Positions 41,197 to 49,701 of a DNA stretch of 58,350 bases are shown one piece after another; the first letter of the stretch is position 1; each line of letters begins with the position of its first letter. Made by a program: the position numbers and the translations under genes. The notes under the pieces were generated by a model. The model had not been told where the DNA came from. It did no database searches and saw only the letters and a program-made list of their open reading frames with translations. Source of the stretch: Planctomycetales bacterium (lineage in GTDB: Bacteria > Omnitrophota > Gorgyraeia > Zapsychrales > Zapsychraceae). The stretch is taken from positions 1 to 58,350 of the forward strand of contig SBBO01000021.1 in the NCBI GenBank assembly GCA_005239675.1. Reading direction: 5' to 3'.

Positions 41197-42249
41197 GTGA
41201 ATCCCCGAATCAAAAAATTGGTTGATACGTTCGCTAGGCATCATGTGGACGCTTTTTTAGTGACACAAGATGTCAATGTATCTTATTTAACGTATTTTCC
41301 GGCAGCGGAATCCTGGTTATTGGTGGGCGCCCGCAGGTCATTGTATATTACTGACGGCCGTTACCTTTTAGATGCACAACAGAAGCTCAAAGGGATCAGG
41401 GTCCTGTGTTACACCAAGAGCCGCCATGCCGTCTTGTTTGCGGCCGCCTGCCAGCAAAAGATTCGTCGCTTGGGGTTTGACCCTCACCATATTACCCTGG
41501 CCCAGTATGCAGCCTTGCGCCAAGATTGTCCTTCGTCTATTGAGTTGATTGAGGCGCCCCGTCTGGTCGAACATTGGCGGGAGGTCAAAGACGATCTGGA
41601 AATAAATAAGATTCGGCAAGCGCTCGCCATTCATAAAAAGGCTTATCAGCTGGCGCATAAGGCGATCAAGCCAGCCTCTACAGAGAGAGATGTCCTTAAG
41701 TCTTTGGAGAAATTCGTGCAGGACAATGATGTTCGGTTTTCATTTCCTCCCATAGTGGCATCTGGGCCTAATTCGTGCCTTCCGCATGCCCAAGTCACAG
41801 CACGTAAAATTCGTTCTAACGATGTCGTACTCCTCGATATGGGAATCGAGGTGGATGGCTACAAGTCCGACTTGACACGTATGTTCTTTTTAGGTAAAAT
41901 ACCGCCATTTGTTCGGCAAGTAAATGACTGTGTAGCAGTTGCACAACGCCGGGCAATAGAAAATATCCGTCCTGGGGTGACTGTTGCCGAGCTTGACCGT
42001 GCGGCACGCAACTATTTAGCCCAAAATAGATTGGCCAAATATTTCACACACTCCTTGGGCCATGGCGTTGGACTTGAGATCCATGAGTCGCCGCGCCTGT
42101 CGCAGGCAAGTAAGGACGTTCTCCGGGAGGGAATGGTGATCACCATCGAGCCAGCCGCGTATATCCCCCATCATTTTGGTGTCCGGATTGAAGATATGGT
42201 ACTAGTAACCGCTAAAGGAGGCGAGGTCTTAAGTGACGATATCCATTAA
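41197..42249 (+). CDS. M24B Xaa-Pro aminopeptidase/dipeptidase (GTG start)
   Basis: In-frame GTG after the aroQ stop. N-terminal creatinase-like domain. HSLGHGVGLEIHE and ITIEP metal-site blocks. Confidence 0.85.
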   Translation: MNPRIKKLVDTFARHHVDAFLVTQDVNVSYLTYFPAAESWLLVGARRSLYITDGRYLLDAQQKLKGIRVLCYTKSRHAVLFAAACQQKIRRLGFDPHHITLAQYAALRQDCPSSIELIEAPRLVEHWREVKDDLEINKIRQALAIHKKAYQLAHKAIKPASTERDVLKSLEKFVQDNDVRFSFPPIVASGPNSCLPHAQVTARKIRSNDVVLLDMGIEVDGYKSDLTRMFFLGKIPPFVRQVNDCVAVAQRRAIENIRPGVTVAELDRAARNYLAQNRLAKYFTHSLGHGVGLEIHESPRLSQASKDVLREGMVITIEPAAYIPHHFGVRIEDMVLVTAKGGEVLSDDIH

Positions 42250-42799
42250 TGAGATTTCTTCAGAGACTGGGATCCGTATGGATAATGACATTTATACGGT
42301 ACTGGAATATCACCATGTAAAACCCGGCAAGGGAAGCGCCTTTGTCCGCGTAAGACTCAAAAATATCCGCACTGGCCAAGTCTTGGAGAGGACGTTTCGC
42401 AGTTCTGAGAAGATTGATGATGTTACGTTGGAAGAAAAAAGACTCCAGAACCTTTACCTGGCTGGCGATTCTGTCCATTTCCTCGATAATACTACCTATG
42501 AGGAGGTCGTTGTCCCCAAGGATACCATTGGGGATAGTATCCGTTTCTTGCAAGAAAATCTTGAGGTTCGGGGAATCTGCCATCACGATCAGATTTTGAA
42601 AATTGTTCTTCCTACCTTTATCATCGCTACCATCACCCATACGGAACCTGGGTTCAAAGGCGACTCATCACGTGCCGGCACGAAGTCGGCAACGATTGAT
42701 ACCGCCACCACCATCCAAGTCCCTCTGTTTATCAATGAGGGCGATCGGGTTAAGATTGACACCAGGACCGGGGAATACGTTGAGAGGGTGCAAAAATGA
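42233..42799 (+). CDS. efp: Elongation factor P
   Basis: 188 aa, HVKPGKGSAFVRVRLKN (conserved KPGKG loop). Confidence 0.93.
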   Translation: MTISINEISSETGIRMDNDIYTVLEYHHVKPGKGSAFVRVRLKNIRTGQVLERTFRSSEKIDDVTLEEKRLQNLYLAGDSVHFLDNTTYEEVVVPKDTIGDSIRFLQENLEVRGICHHDQILKIVLPTFIIATITHTEPGFKGDSSRAGTKSATIDTATTIQVPLFINEGDRVKIDTRTGEYVERVQK

Positions 42800-43269
42800 A
42801 TTTAAAAGAAATCCGCGAGATCATTCATCTCATGAATGAGCATAACCTATGTGAGATCGAGCTGGAGCGCGACGGTACAAAAGTCAAGATTAAAAAGACG
42901 CCCGGTGAAGTGACGGAATCCACACGACGGCAGCCGCGGGAATATGCTGTTGAAATGCAGGTTGCAACCAAGCCAGCTGAGGCCATTCCCGCAGGAAATT
43001 CAGGAGCAGAAAGAGTAGGCAGTGTCAACCGTAAGGAAATCAAATCACCTATGGTTGGGACGTTTTACCGGGCTGCCTCCCCGGAAGCACCTTCTTTCGT
43101 GGAAATTGGTCAAACCATTGAAGTCGGACAGGTGGTATGCATTGTGGAGGCCATGAAGCTCATGAACGAGATTAAATCCGAAGTCCATGGGAAGATTGTG
43201 GAGGTCCACATCGCCAACGCCCAGCCAGTGGAATTCGGGCAAACCTTGTTTTCTGTTGAACCCTTATAG
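42796..43269 (+). CDS. accB: Acetyl-CoA carboxylase biotin carboxyl carrier protein
   Basis: 157 aa, biotinylation motif CIVEAMKLMNEI. Confidence 0.93.
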   Translation: MNLKEIREIIHLMNEHNLCEIELERDGTKVKIKKTPGEVTESTRRQPREYAVEMQVATKPAEAIPAGNSGAERVGSVNRKEIKSPMVGTFYRAASPEAPSFVEIGQTIEVGQVVCIVEAMKLMNEIKSEVHGKIVEVHIANAQPVEFGQTLFSVEPL

Positions 43270-43348
43270 TTGCCATCTTACCATTACTCCGATGCCCCGA
43301 TTGAGCTGATAGGCGAATATCGGGAAACCGCCCTTTTTTAAAAAGAAC

Positions 43349-44698
43349 ATGTTTTCCAAGATATTGATTGCCAATCGCGGTGAAATCGCATTGCGCATTA
43401 TCCGCACCTGCCGAGAAATGAACATACAGACGGTTGCTGTTTATTCCGAGGTAGACCGTGATTCCCTGCATGTACGTTTCGCTGATGAGGCCGTGTGTAT
43501 TGGCCCAGCACCGAGTAAAGAAAGTTATCTCAATATTCCCGCCATTATCTCGGCTGCCGAGATTACCGATGTGGAGGCGATCCACCCCGGTTATGGTTTT
43601 TTAGCGGAAAACGCCCATTTTGCGGAGATATGTGAATCGTGCAATATTACCTTTATCGGCCCTGGTCCGCAGGCAATTCGCGCGATGGGAGATAAGGTCG
43701 CGGCCCGTGAAACGATGCGTAAAATTGGTGTCCCCATCGCATCGGGCGGAAAAGGAGTCATCCAGAGCAAAGAGGAGGCCATCGCCATCGCCAAGGAGAT
43801 CCGGTATCCGGTTATCATCAAGGCGGCGGCAGGCGGCGGCGGCAAAGGCATGCGGGTGTGCCATAATGACGTGACGTTGGTTAGTTCTCTGACCGTTGCC
43901 CAGAGCGAAGCTGAGGCAAACTTCGGCAATCCGGATGTTTATATTGAAAAATATATTCAGAACCCGCGGCATGTGGAATTTCAAATCATGGCCGATGGCC
44001 AGGGCAATGTCATTCATCTGGGCGAACGCGATTGTAGTATCCAGCGGCGTCATCAAAAACTTTTAGAAGAGGCCCCCTCACCAGCTCTTAATGAAGAGCT
44101 ACGCCGTAAGATGGGGGCTGTGGCTATCAAGGCCGCTCAGGCCGTAAATTACAAGAATGTGGGGACCATCGAATTTTTGTTAGATCACAATGGTAATTTT
44201 TATTTTATGGAGATGAATACACGCATCCAGGTCGAACATCCTGTGACCGAAATGGTGACTGCCATCGACATCGTCAAGGAACAGATCCATATCGCCGCAG
44301 GCGAGCCGCTTAAGATAAGACAAGATGACGTGCAGATTCGGGGGGCCGCGATCGAGTGCCGTATTAACGCTGAAGATCCCTACAACCATTTTATTCCATC
44401 TCCAGGAAAGATTGAAGAGCTTTATCTGCCGGGAGGGATCGGCGTGCGGGTGGACACCCATATTTATCCTGGATACAAGATCAGCCCTCATTACGACTCG
44501 ATGATCGCCAAATTAATCGCCTATGGGAACGATCGTGCGCAGGCGATACGCATTATGAAACGGGCCATAGGTGAGATGTATGTCAGTCCTATCAAGACAA
44601 CCATGGGGCTTCATCAGGAGATCCTCAATCATCCCTCGTTTCTCAAGGGTGAGATCGATACCCATTTCTTGGAAAAAATGAATAAAACGGAGGCATAG
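43349..44698 (+). CDS. accC: Acetyl-CoA carboxylase biotin carboxylase subunit
   Basis: 449 aa, [22 protein letters not shown]-grasp [23 protein letters not shown]. Confidence 0.96.
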   Translation: MFSKILIANRGEIALRIIRTCREMNIQTVAVYSEVDRDSLHVRFADEAVCIGPAPSKESYLNIPAIISAAEITDVEAIHPGYGFLAENAHFAEICESCNITFIGPGPQAIRAMGDKVAARETMRKIGVPIASGGKGVIQSKEEAIAIAKEIRYPVIIKAAAGGGGKGMRVCHNDVTLVSSLTVAQSEAEANFGNPDVYIEKYIQNPRHVEFQIMADGQGNVIHLGERDCSIQRRHQKLLEEAPSPALNEELRRKMGAVAIKAAQAVNYKNVGTIEFLLDHNGNFYFMEMNTRIQVEHPVTEMVTAIDIVKEQIHIAAGEPLKIRQDDVQIRGAAIECRINAEDPYNHFIPSPGKIEELYLPGGIGVRVDTHIYPGYKISPHYDSMIAKLIAYGNDRAQAIRIMKRAIGEMYVSPIKTTMGLHQEILNHPSFLKGEIDTHFLEKMNKTEA

Positions 44699-44706
44699 GT
44701 GCACCC

Positions 44707-45069
44707 ATGAAAGAACCTTACCAGATTGACTTGGGCAGTACGGTTCATATCCATAAGAAAGTCCTGGCAGATATCATTGCCTCGGTCATTGCCGATATCG
44801 ATGGCGTTAGCCTGGCTCCCAAGACGTTTTGCGAGAATCTTGCGGAGTTGTGGGTAGGGAGTGCTGCATCTGGCATTACGGTCACCATTGATACCAATAC
44901 CGATGTGAGCGTTACCATTAAGGTACTTGTACGTTATGGGGTTAACATCCCGGATATTGGACGGCATATCCAGGATATGGTAACATCAGTCGTGCGTAAG
45001 ACAGTCGATATCAGCCTTAAGGAAATCAACGTGCATGTTCATGGCATCCTAGAGAGGGGGGACAAATGA
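44707..45069 (+). CDS. Asp23/Gls24 family envelope stress protein
   Basis: 120 aa, IHKKVLADIIASVIADIDGV. Position after accBC, as I recall for Bacillus yqhY. Confidence 0.75.
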   Translation: MKEPYQIDLGSTVHIHKKVLADIIASVIADIDGVSLAPKTFCENLAELWVGSAASGITVTIDTNTDVSVTIKVLVRYGVNIPDIGRHIQDMVTSVVRKTVDISLKEINVHVHGILERGDK

Positions 45070-45680
45070 ATCTTTTGACACGCATGATTATTTTGTTTTA
45101 TGTGACTGTGGTCCTATTTCTCGGGTGCTTTGTTATCCTATATGCCTTTCATATCGTTATGTATAAAGACCTGTCGGACGTTTTATATTTCGTTTACAAC
45201 GATGATCGTCTACGCATTGCCGTAGGGGTTGCGGCGGGGGTATTGTTACTGATTAATTATTTTTTATACCGTCAGTTTGATTTGAACACTTCTAAAGAAA
45301 AAACAATTGCTTTTGATAATCCTTCAGGTCGGGTCAGTGTTGCTCTGAGCGCCTTGGAAGATCTTATCCAGCGTTCGTTGGCACGGTTCCCAGAAGTCAA
45401 AGAAGGAAAAGTCGATATCCGGGCCTCCAAGAGAGGGTTAAGGGTCAGGATTCGTATGGTCTTATATGCACAAGCAAATATCCCTGAGCTGACCACCATG
45501 GTCCAGGCCGCGGTTCAAGAGAAGATCCAGGATATTATCGGTCTTGATGAGACGGTTCATGTGTCCATTGATATCGGAAAAATTCTTTCTGATCGGATTA
45601 AGGATAAAAAAGTCGGCAAGAAAGAGGATGGGCAGGAACAATCTGAAGTCAGCATCCCATTCCAAGGTTACCGGGCTTAA
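45066..45680 (+). CDS. Alkaline shock response membrane anchor protein AmaP-like
   Basis: 204 aa, two N-terminal TM helices followed by an Asp23-like domain. ATGA overlap with the asp23-family gene. Confidence 0.6.
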   Translation: MNLLTRMIILFYVTVVLFLGCFVILYAFHIVMYKDLSDVLYFVYNDDRLRIAVGVAAGVLLLINYFLYRQFDLNTSKEKTIAFDNPSGRVSVALSALEDLIQRSLARFPEVKEGKVDIRASKRGLRVRIRMVLYAQANIPELTTMVQAAVQEKIQDIIGLDETVHVSIDIGKILSDRIKDKKVGKKEDGQEQSEVSIPFQGYRA

Positions 45681-45698
45681 AGATTAGGTTAAACGCAC

Positions 45699-46724
45699 AT
45701 GCAGAAGATTGGTATTTTGACGGGTGGGGCTGATTGTCCTGGATTGAATTCTGTTATCCGCGCCGTTGTTCATAAAGCGATGCACGAGGGGTATGTAGTC
45801 ACTGGCATTAAAAATGGTTGGATGGGTCTTGTAGAGAATGATATGCGCATCGTGGACCTACGGCTCATCTCGGGCATCCTTGACCGCGGAGGAACGATCC
45901 TAGGGACGAGCCGCATCATCCCTCCGCTGAAGGCGGAACAGACTAAGATCATAGAAGAAAATTTTAAGCGTAGCGGCATGGATGGCGTTATTGCCGTTGG
46001 GGGCGAGGATACCTTGAAGATCGGTCTGGATTTATACAAGAGATATGCGATCCCCATCGTTGGGGTCCCCAAATCCATTGACAATGCCCTCTCCGGCACC
46101 GATTATGCCTTCGGATTTGATACGGCAGTCAATGTGGCGACTGAATGTATTGACCGATTACATACAACGGCCGAGAGCCATCACCGCATTATGGTTATCG
46201 AGGTCATGGGTCGCTATACGGGTTGGATTGCCCTGGAGGCGGGCATCGCTGGTGGGGCGCATTATATTTGCGTACCCGAATTTCCCGTTAAGATTGATGA
46301 TATTTGCGATTCCTTGAAGGAGCGTCATAAGCGGGGCAAGACTTTTAGTATTGTGGTTACCTCTGAAGGGGCGAAGATCAAAGGATACACAACCCCATCG
46401 ACAGAAGAGAATCAGCACCGCCGGCATCACCTCGGTAGGGTTGGCGAATTAATCGCTAATCTCATTGAAGATAATACCGGATATGAGACACGCGTTAGTG
46501 TCCTGGGACATATTCAGCGGGGAGGAGCTCCGACAGCGTACGATCGGATCATCGGCACGCGTTTTGGATTTAAATCCGTTGAGATGGTGGTTAATAAAAA
46601 ATTCGGGGAGATGGTTAGTTTACGTGACAACAAAATTCGTTCGGTGCGCATTGAAGAGGCCGTGCGCCAGCATAAGGCAATCGATGAAGATCTATACAAA
46701 TTATCCCAGGCCTTTTCCGGATAA
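45699..46724 (+). CDS. pfkA: 6-phosphofructokinase (PfkA family; phosphoryl donor not assignable)
   Basis: 341 aa, GILTGGADCPGLNSVIRAVV, GGEDTL, PKSIDNAL, MGRYTGWIAL. Confidence 0.88.
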   Translation: MQKIGILTGGADCPGLNSVIRAVVHKAMHEGYVVTGIKNGWMGLVENDMRIVDLRLISGILDRGGTILGTSRIIPPLKAEQTKIIEENFKRSGMDGVIAVGGEDTLKIGLDLYKRYAIPIVGVPKSIDNALSGTDYAFGFDTAVNVATECIDRLHTTAESHHRIMVIEVMGRYTGWIALEAGIAGGAHYICVPEFPVKIDDICDSLKERHKRGKTFSIVVTSEGAKIKGYTTPSTEENQHRRHHLGRVGELIANLIEDNTGYETRVSVLGHIQRGGAPTAYDRIIGTRFGFKSVEMVVNKKFGEMVSLRDNKIRSVRIEEAVRQHKAIDEDLYKLSQAFSG

Positions 46725-46739
46725 GTGGATGCGGGTTGT

Positions 46740-47309
46740 ATGAAGGATCGGATTAAAGATATTTTTGAGGAATCCATACGCGTTAAAGAGAGGACCCTCC
46801 AGGATAACGCGGATAAGGTTGCTGCTGTCGTCAGAGAAATACAGGAAGTTTTCCGTCATGACGGAAAAATATTTTTTTTTGGCAATGGGGGATCGGCAGC
46901 GGACAGTCAACATATAGCGGCGGAATTCATCGGTCGATTCAAGAAAGAACGCCGCGCATTACCGGCAATTGCCCTTACGACCGATACCTCCATTTTAACC
47001 GCCCTAGGAAACGATTACAGTTTTGATATCATTTTCGCCCGCCAGATTGAGGGGTTGGCGAGGCGAGGCGATCTAGCCTTCGGCATCTCCACCAGCGGCA
47101 ATTCCAAGAATGTTATTGAAGGAATAAATCAAGCCAAGAAGATGGGCCTTAAGACGGTTTCCCTCACTGGTTGCGGTGGCGGGCAACTGGCGAGACTGAC
47201 AGACATCAGTTTGGTGGTGCCCTCTGTCGAGACGCCAAGGATCCAGGAATCGCACCTGTGCATCGCGCATACCATCTGTGAATTGGTTGAAGAAAATATC
47301 GTGGCTTAA
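46740..47309 (+). CDS. gmhA: Phosphoheptose isomerase (SIS domain)
   Basis: MKDRIKDIFEES..., FFFGNGGSAADSQHIAAEF, GISTSGNSKNV. Start 46725 (GTG) or 46740 (ATG). Confidence 0.85.
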   Translation: MKDRIKDIFEESIRVKERTLQDNADKVAAVVREIQEVFRHDGKIFFFGNGGSAADSQHIAAEFIGRFKKERRALPAIALTTDTSILTALGNDYSFDIIFARQIEGLARRGDLAFGISTSGNSKNVIEGINQAKKMGLKTVSLTGCGGGQLARLTDISLVVPSVETPRIQESHLCIAHTICELVEENIVA

Positions 47310-47320
47310 GTAATCATCAT

Positions 47321-47827
47321 ATGAGGACGAACGAAAAGATTCTTGGGGTAAGGACACTGCAGCGTAGGATCATCCGCTGGCGCCAGCAAGAGAAAATCAT
47401 CGCTTTTACCAATGGCTGCTTTGATATCCTTCATCTTGGCCATGTGTGTTATCTAGAGAGGGCTAAGGGGCGCGATCGGATTCTTATCGTGGGACTTAAT
47501 AGTGACCGTTCGGTCAAGATGATTAAGGGCCCTGGGCGTCCCATTGTGCCCCAAAAGGCGCGTTCTCTCATATTGGCTGCCTTGGCGTGTGTTGATGGCG
47601 TAACAATATTTGATGAGGCGACACCACAAAAACTGATTGCTGCTTTAAGGCCAGATGTCCTGATCAAGGGTGCCGATTGGAAGGGCAAAGAGATAGCTGG
47701 TGCCGATACGGTCTGTCGTTATGGCGGCAAGGTGGAATATATCCGATATATCCCCGGGTATTCCTCGACGAAGATTATCGAAAGAATCTTGCGGGGGGCT
47801 CTTGCGCAGGGCAAAGGCAGCGCATGA
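47321..47827 (+). CDS. D-glycero-beta-D-manno-heptose 1-phosphate adenylyltransferase (stand-alone RfaE/HldE domain II)
   Basis: 168 aa, cytidylyltransferase motif FTNGCFDILHLGHVCYL, SDRSV, IKGADW. Confidence 0.85.
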   Translation: MRTNEKILGVRTLQRRIIRWRQQEKIIAFTNGCFDILHLGHVCYLERAKGRDRILIVGLNSDRSVKMIKGPGRPIVPQKARSLILAALACVDGVTIFDEATPQKLIAALRPDVLIKGADWKGKEIAGADTVCRYGGKVEYIRYIPGYSSTKIIERILRGALAQGKGSA

Positions 47828-48231
47828 AAGATCAGGCATTGTACCGTGTCATGGATGCTAATTTGAACCGTGCCAAAGAAGGCTTGCGTATCTGTGAAGA
47901 TATCTGTCGGTTCATTCATAACAAAAAGCAATGGACTAGGGCCTTTAAGACGATGCGTCATCAGCTGACAGCGGCAGCCGTAAAAATAAATTTAGAGAAG
48001 TTAGTGGAGGCCCGTCAGGTAGAAGGCGATGTTGGCAGGAACACACTCGACAGCGAATTGGCACGCCGCAAGATAGAGGATATTTTTTATGCCAATAGTC
48101 AGAGGGTCAAAGAGTCGATCCGGGTCTTGGAGGAATGCGCCAAGTTAAGGCATAATCTCGTTGCTGAGGACTTCAAAGGGTTACGTTATCGGATGTATGC
48201 GCTGGAAAAAAAAATTATTACAGGAAGCTAG
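47824..48231 (+). CDS. ThiE-associated N-terminal domain protein (ThiD2-like)
   Basis: Internal ATG of ORF 47677..48231 (ATGA overlap). MKDQALYRVMDANLNRAKEGLRICEDICRF resembles the module I recall fused N-terminally to some ThiE proteins. Confidence 0.55.
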   Translation: MKDQALYRVMDANLNRAKEGLRICEDICRFIHNKKQWTRAFKTMRHQLTAAAVKINLEKLVEARQVEGDVGRNTLDSELARRKIEDIFYANSQRVKESIRVLEECAKLRHNLVAEDFKGLRYRMYALEKKIITGS

Positions 48232-48841
48232 ACTTTACCTTATCTTAGATCGTCAGGTCAATACCGATGATCAGCTCTTTAAAATCGCTGTACAGGCAAT
48301 TGGTGCTGGCGTTGATCTTATCCAGTTGCGTGATAAGGTGGGCAATGCCCGTGATTTGTTGGGCTGTTTTCAACATATCGCATCGATTGTCCGGCACCGG
48401 GTACCGCTCATCATGAATGATCGTGTTGATTTGGCGTTAGCCGCCAAGGCCGAAGGCGTTCATCTAGGACAAGAGGATATGCCTATTAGAGAGGCCCGCC
48501 GGATTATCGGTGCGAAGGCCCTGATTGGCATATCCTGCCAGACATTGGAACAGGCAAGAGAGGCGCAGGACGTGGGTGCGGATTACATTGGGTTCGGCTC
48601 TGTCTTTAAGACACCAACAAAGCCCGAACGCTTCCCCCTTGACCTGAATTTCCTTGAGAAGGTCGTGCACAAGGTCTCAATTCCCATTTTTGCCATCGGC
48701 GGCATTGGATTAAAACAGATTGCAACGTTACGGGCTATTGGCGTCGAACGTTTCGCTGTCTGTCGTGCCATCTGTCAGGCCTCTCATGTCAAAGAAGCGG
48801 CGAGGAATATAGTAAGGGAAATAAGGGGTAGTGATCGGTGA
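48197..48841 (+). CDS. thiE: Thiamine-phosphate synthase (start uncertain; possibly a fusion partner of the upstream ORF)
   Basis: LYLILDRQV, DLIQLRDK, HLGQEDMP, ADYIGFGSVFKTPTK, PIFAIGGI blocks. ATG 48197 or TTG 48161. Confidence 0.85.
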   Translation: MRWKKKLLQEARLYLILDRQVNTDDQLFKIAVQAIGAGVDLIQLRDKVGNARDLLGCFQHIASIVRHRVPLIMNDRVDLALAAKAEGVHLGQEDMPIREARRIIGAKALIGISCQTLEQAREAQDVGADYIGFGSVFKTPTKPERFPLDLNFLEKVVHKVSIPIFAIGGIGLKQIATLRAIGVERFAVCRAICQASHVKEAARNIVREIRGSDR

Positions 48842-48854
48842 TCACTTTAGGCGT

Positions 48855-48925
48855 GCGAGGGTAATTCAATGGCAGAATGTAAGCTTCCCAAGCTTAATAC
48901 GCGGGTTCGATTCCCGTCCCTCGCT
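48855..48925 (+). tRNA. tRNA-Gly (anticodon CCC)
   Basis: Acceptor GCGAGGG/CCCTCGC, D-arm ATTC/GAAT, anticodon stem TAAGC/GCTTA with loop TTCCCAA, T-arm GCGGGTTCGATTCCCGT. Confidence 0.88.
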
Positions 48926-48935
48926 TTATATAGTT

Positions 48936-49619
48936 ATGTTTAAGGTATATAAGGCAAGCATAAAATATTTTTCTTGGATAACATTGATGTTATCCATCGC
49001 GGGTTGTGCTGGTGTTGGGGTCAAGCATGATTATTTGACGACTGGTTTTCCTGAAAAGGGCCGACCCGGCATTTACCACAAAGTCAAGGCAGGGGATACC
49101 CTTTGGCGTATTGCCAAGGCCTATGATGTGACGATGGATGAAATCGTTCGTTCGAACCGTATCTTCAACATTGCCCGCATTGAGGAGAACCAGCTTGTTT
49201 TTATCCCAGGCGTCCATTCCACTAAAGAGATCACACCGGACAAGGAGGGCAGAGATAGTAGTTTTGTCTGGCCGGTTCGCGGAAAATTAGTTGGATATTT
49301 CCATGAACGTAAAGGCGATTATTTTAATAAAGGAATCGATATCCAGGCCCAGCCGGGGGCTGCGGTCCAGGCGGCACACCGTGGACACGTTGTCTTTGCT
49401 GATTATCTCACCGGTTATGGATATACGGTGATCCTGGACCACGCAGATGAACTTTATTCTGTTTATGCACGCAACGATCGTCTCTTGGTACGGTTGAATG
49501 ACTTGGTCCGTCAGGGGCAGGATATTGCCCGGCTCTCAGGAGCGGGCGATACGCCCTCTTTGCATTTTGAAATTCGCAAAAGGGCGTTGGAAGACAACCC
49601 CCTTTATTACTTGCCCTAA
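48936..49619 (+). CDS. LysM domain / M23 peptidase lipoprotein (NlpD-like)
   Basis: Internal ATG of ORF 48831..49619 (upstream part is the tRNA). Lipobox LSIAGC, LysM HKVKAGDTLWRIAKAYDV, M23 block GIDIQA...GYGYTVILDH. Confidence 0.85.
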   Translation: MFKVYKASIKYFSWITLMLSIAGCAGVGVKHDYLTTGFPEKGRPGIYHKVKAGDTLWRIAKAYDVTMDEIVRSNRIFNIARIEENQLVFIPGVHSTKEITPDKEGRDSSFVWPVRGKLVGYFHERKGDYFNKGIDIQAQPGAAVQAAHRGHVVFADYLTGYGYTVILDHADELYSVYARNDRLLVRLNDLVRQGQDIARLSGAGDTPSLHFEIRKRALEDNPLYYLP

Positions 49620-49701
49620 ACGGATATCAAATATACAATGGCATCTTTAAGGAATACGATCTAAGGTTCAACCATTTTGGGGTCAATGACTGCTTGATGT
49701 G

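Noticed and set aside
48831-48935. N-terminal part of ORF 48831..49619
   Set aside because: It is a read-through across tRNA-Gly. The lipoprotein signal peptide begins at ATG 48936.
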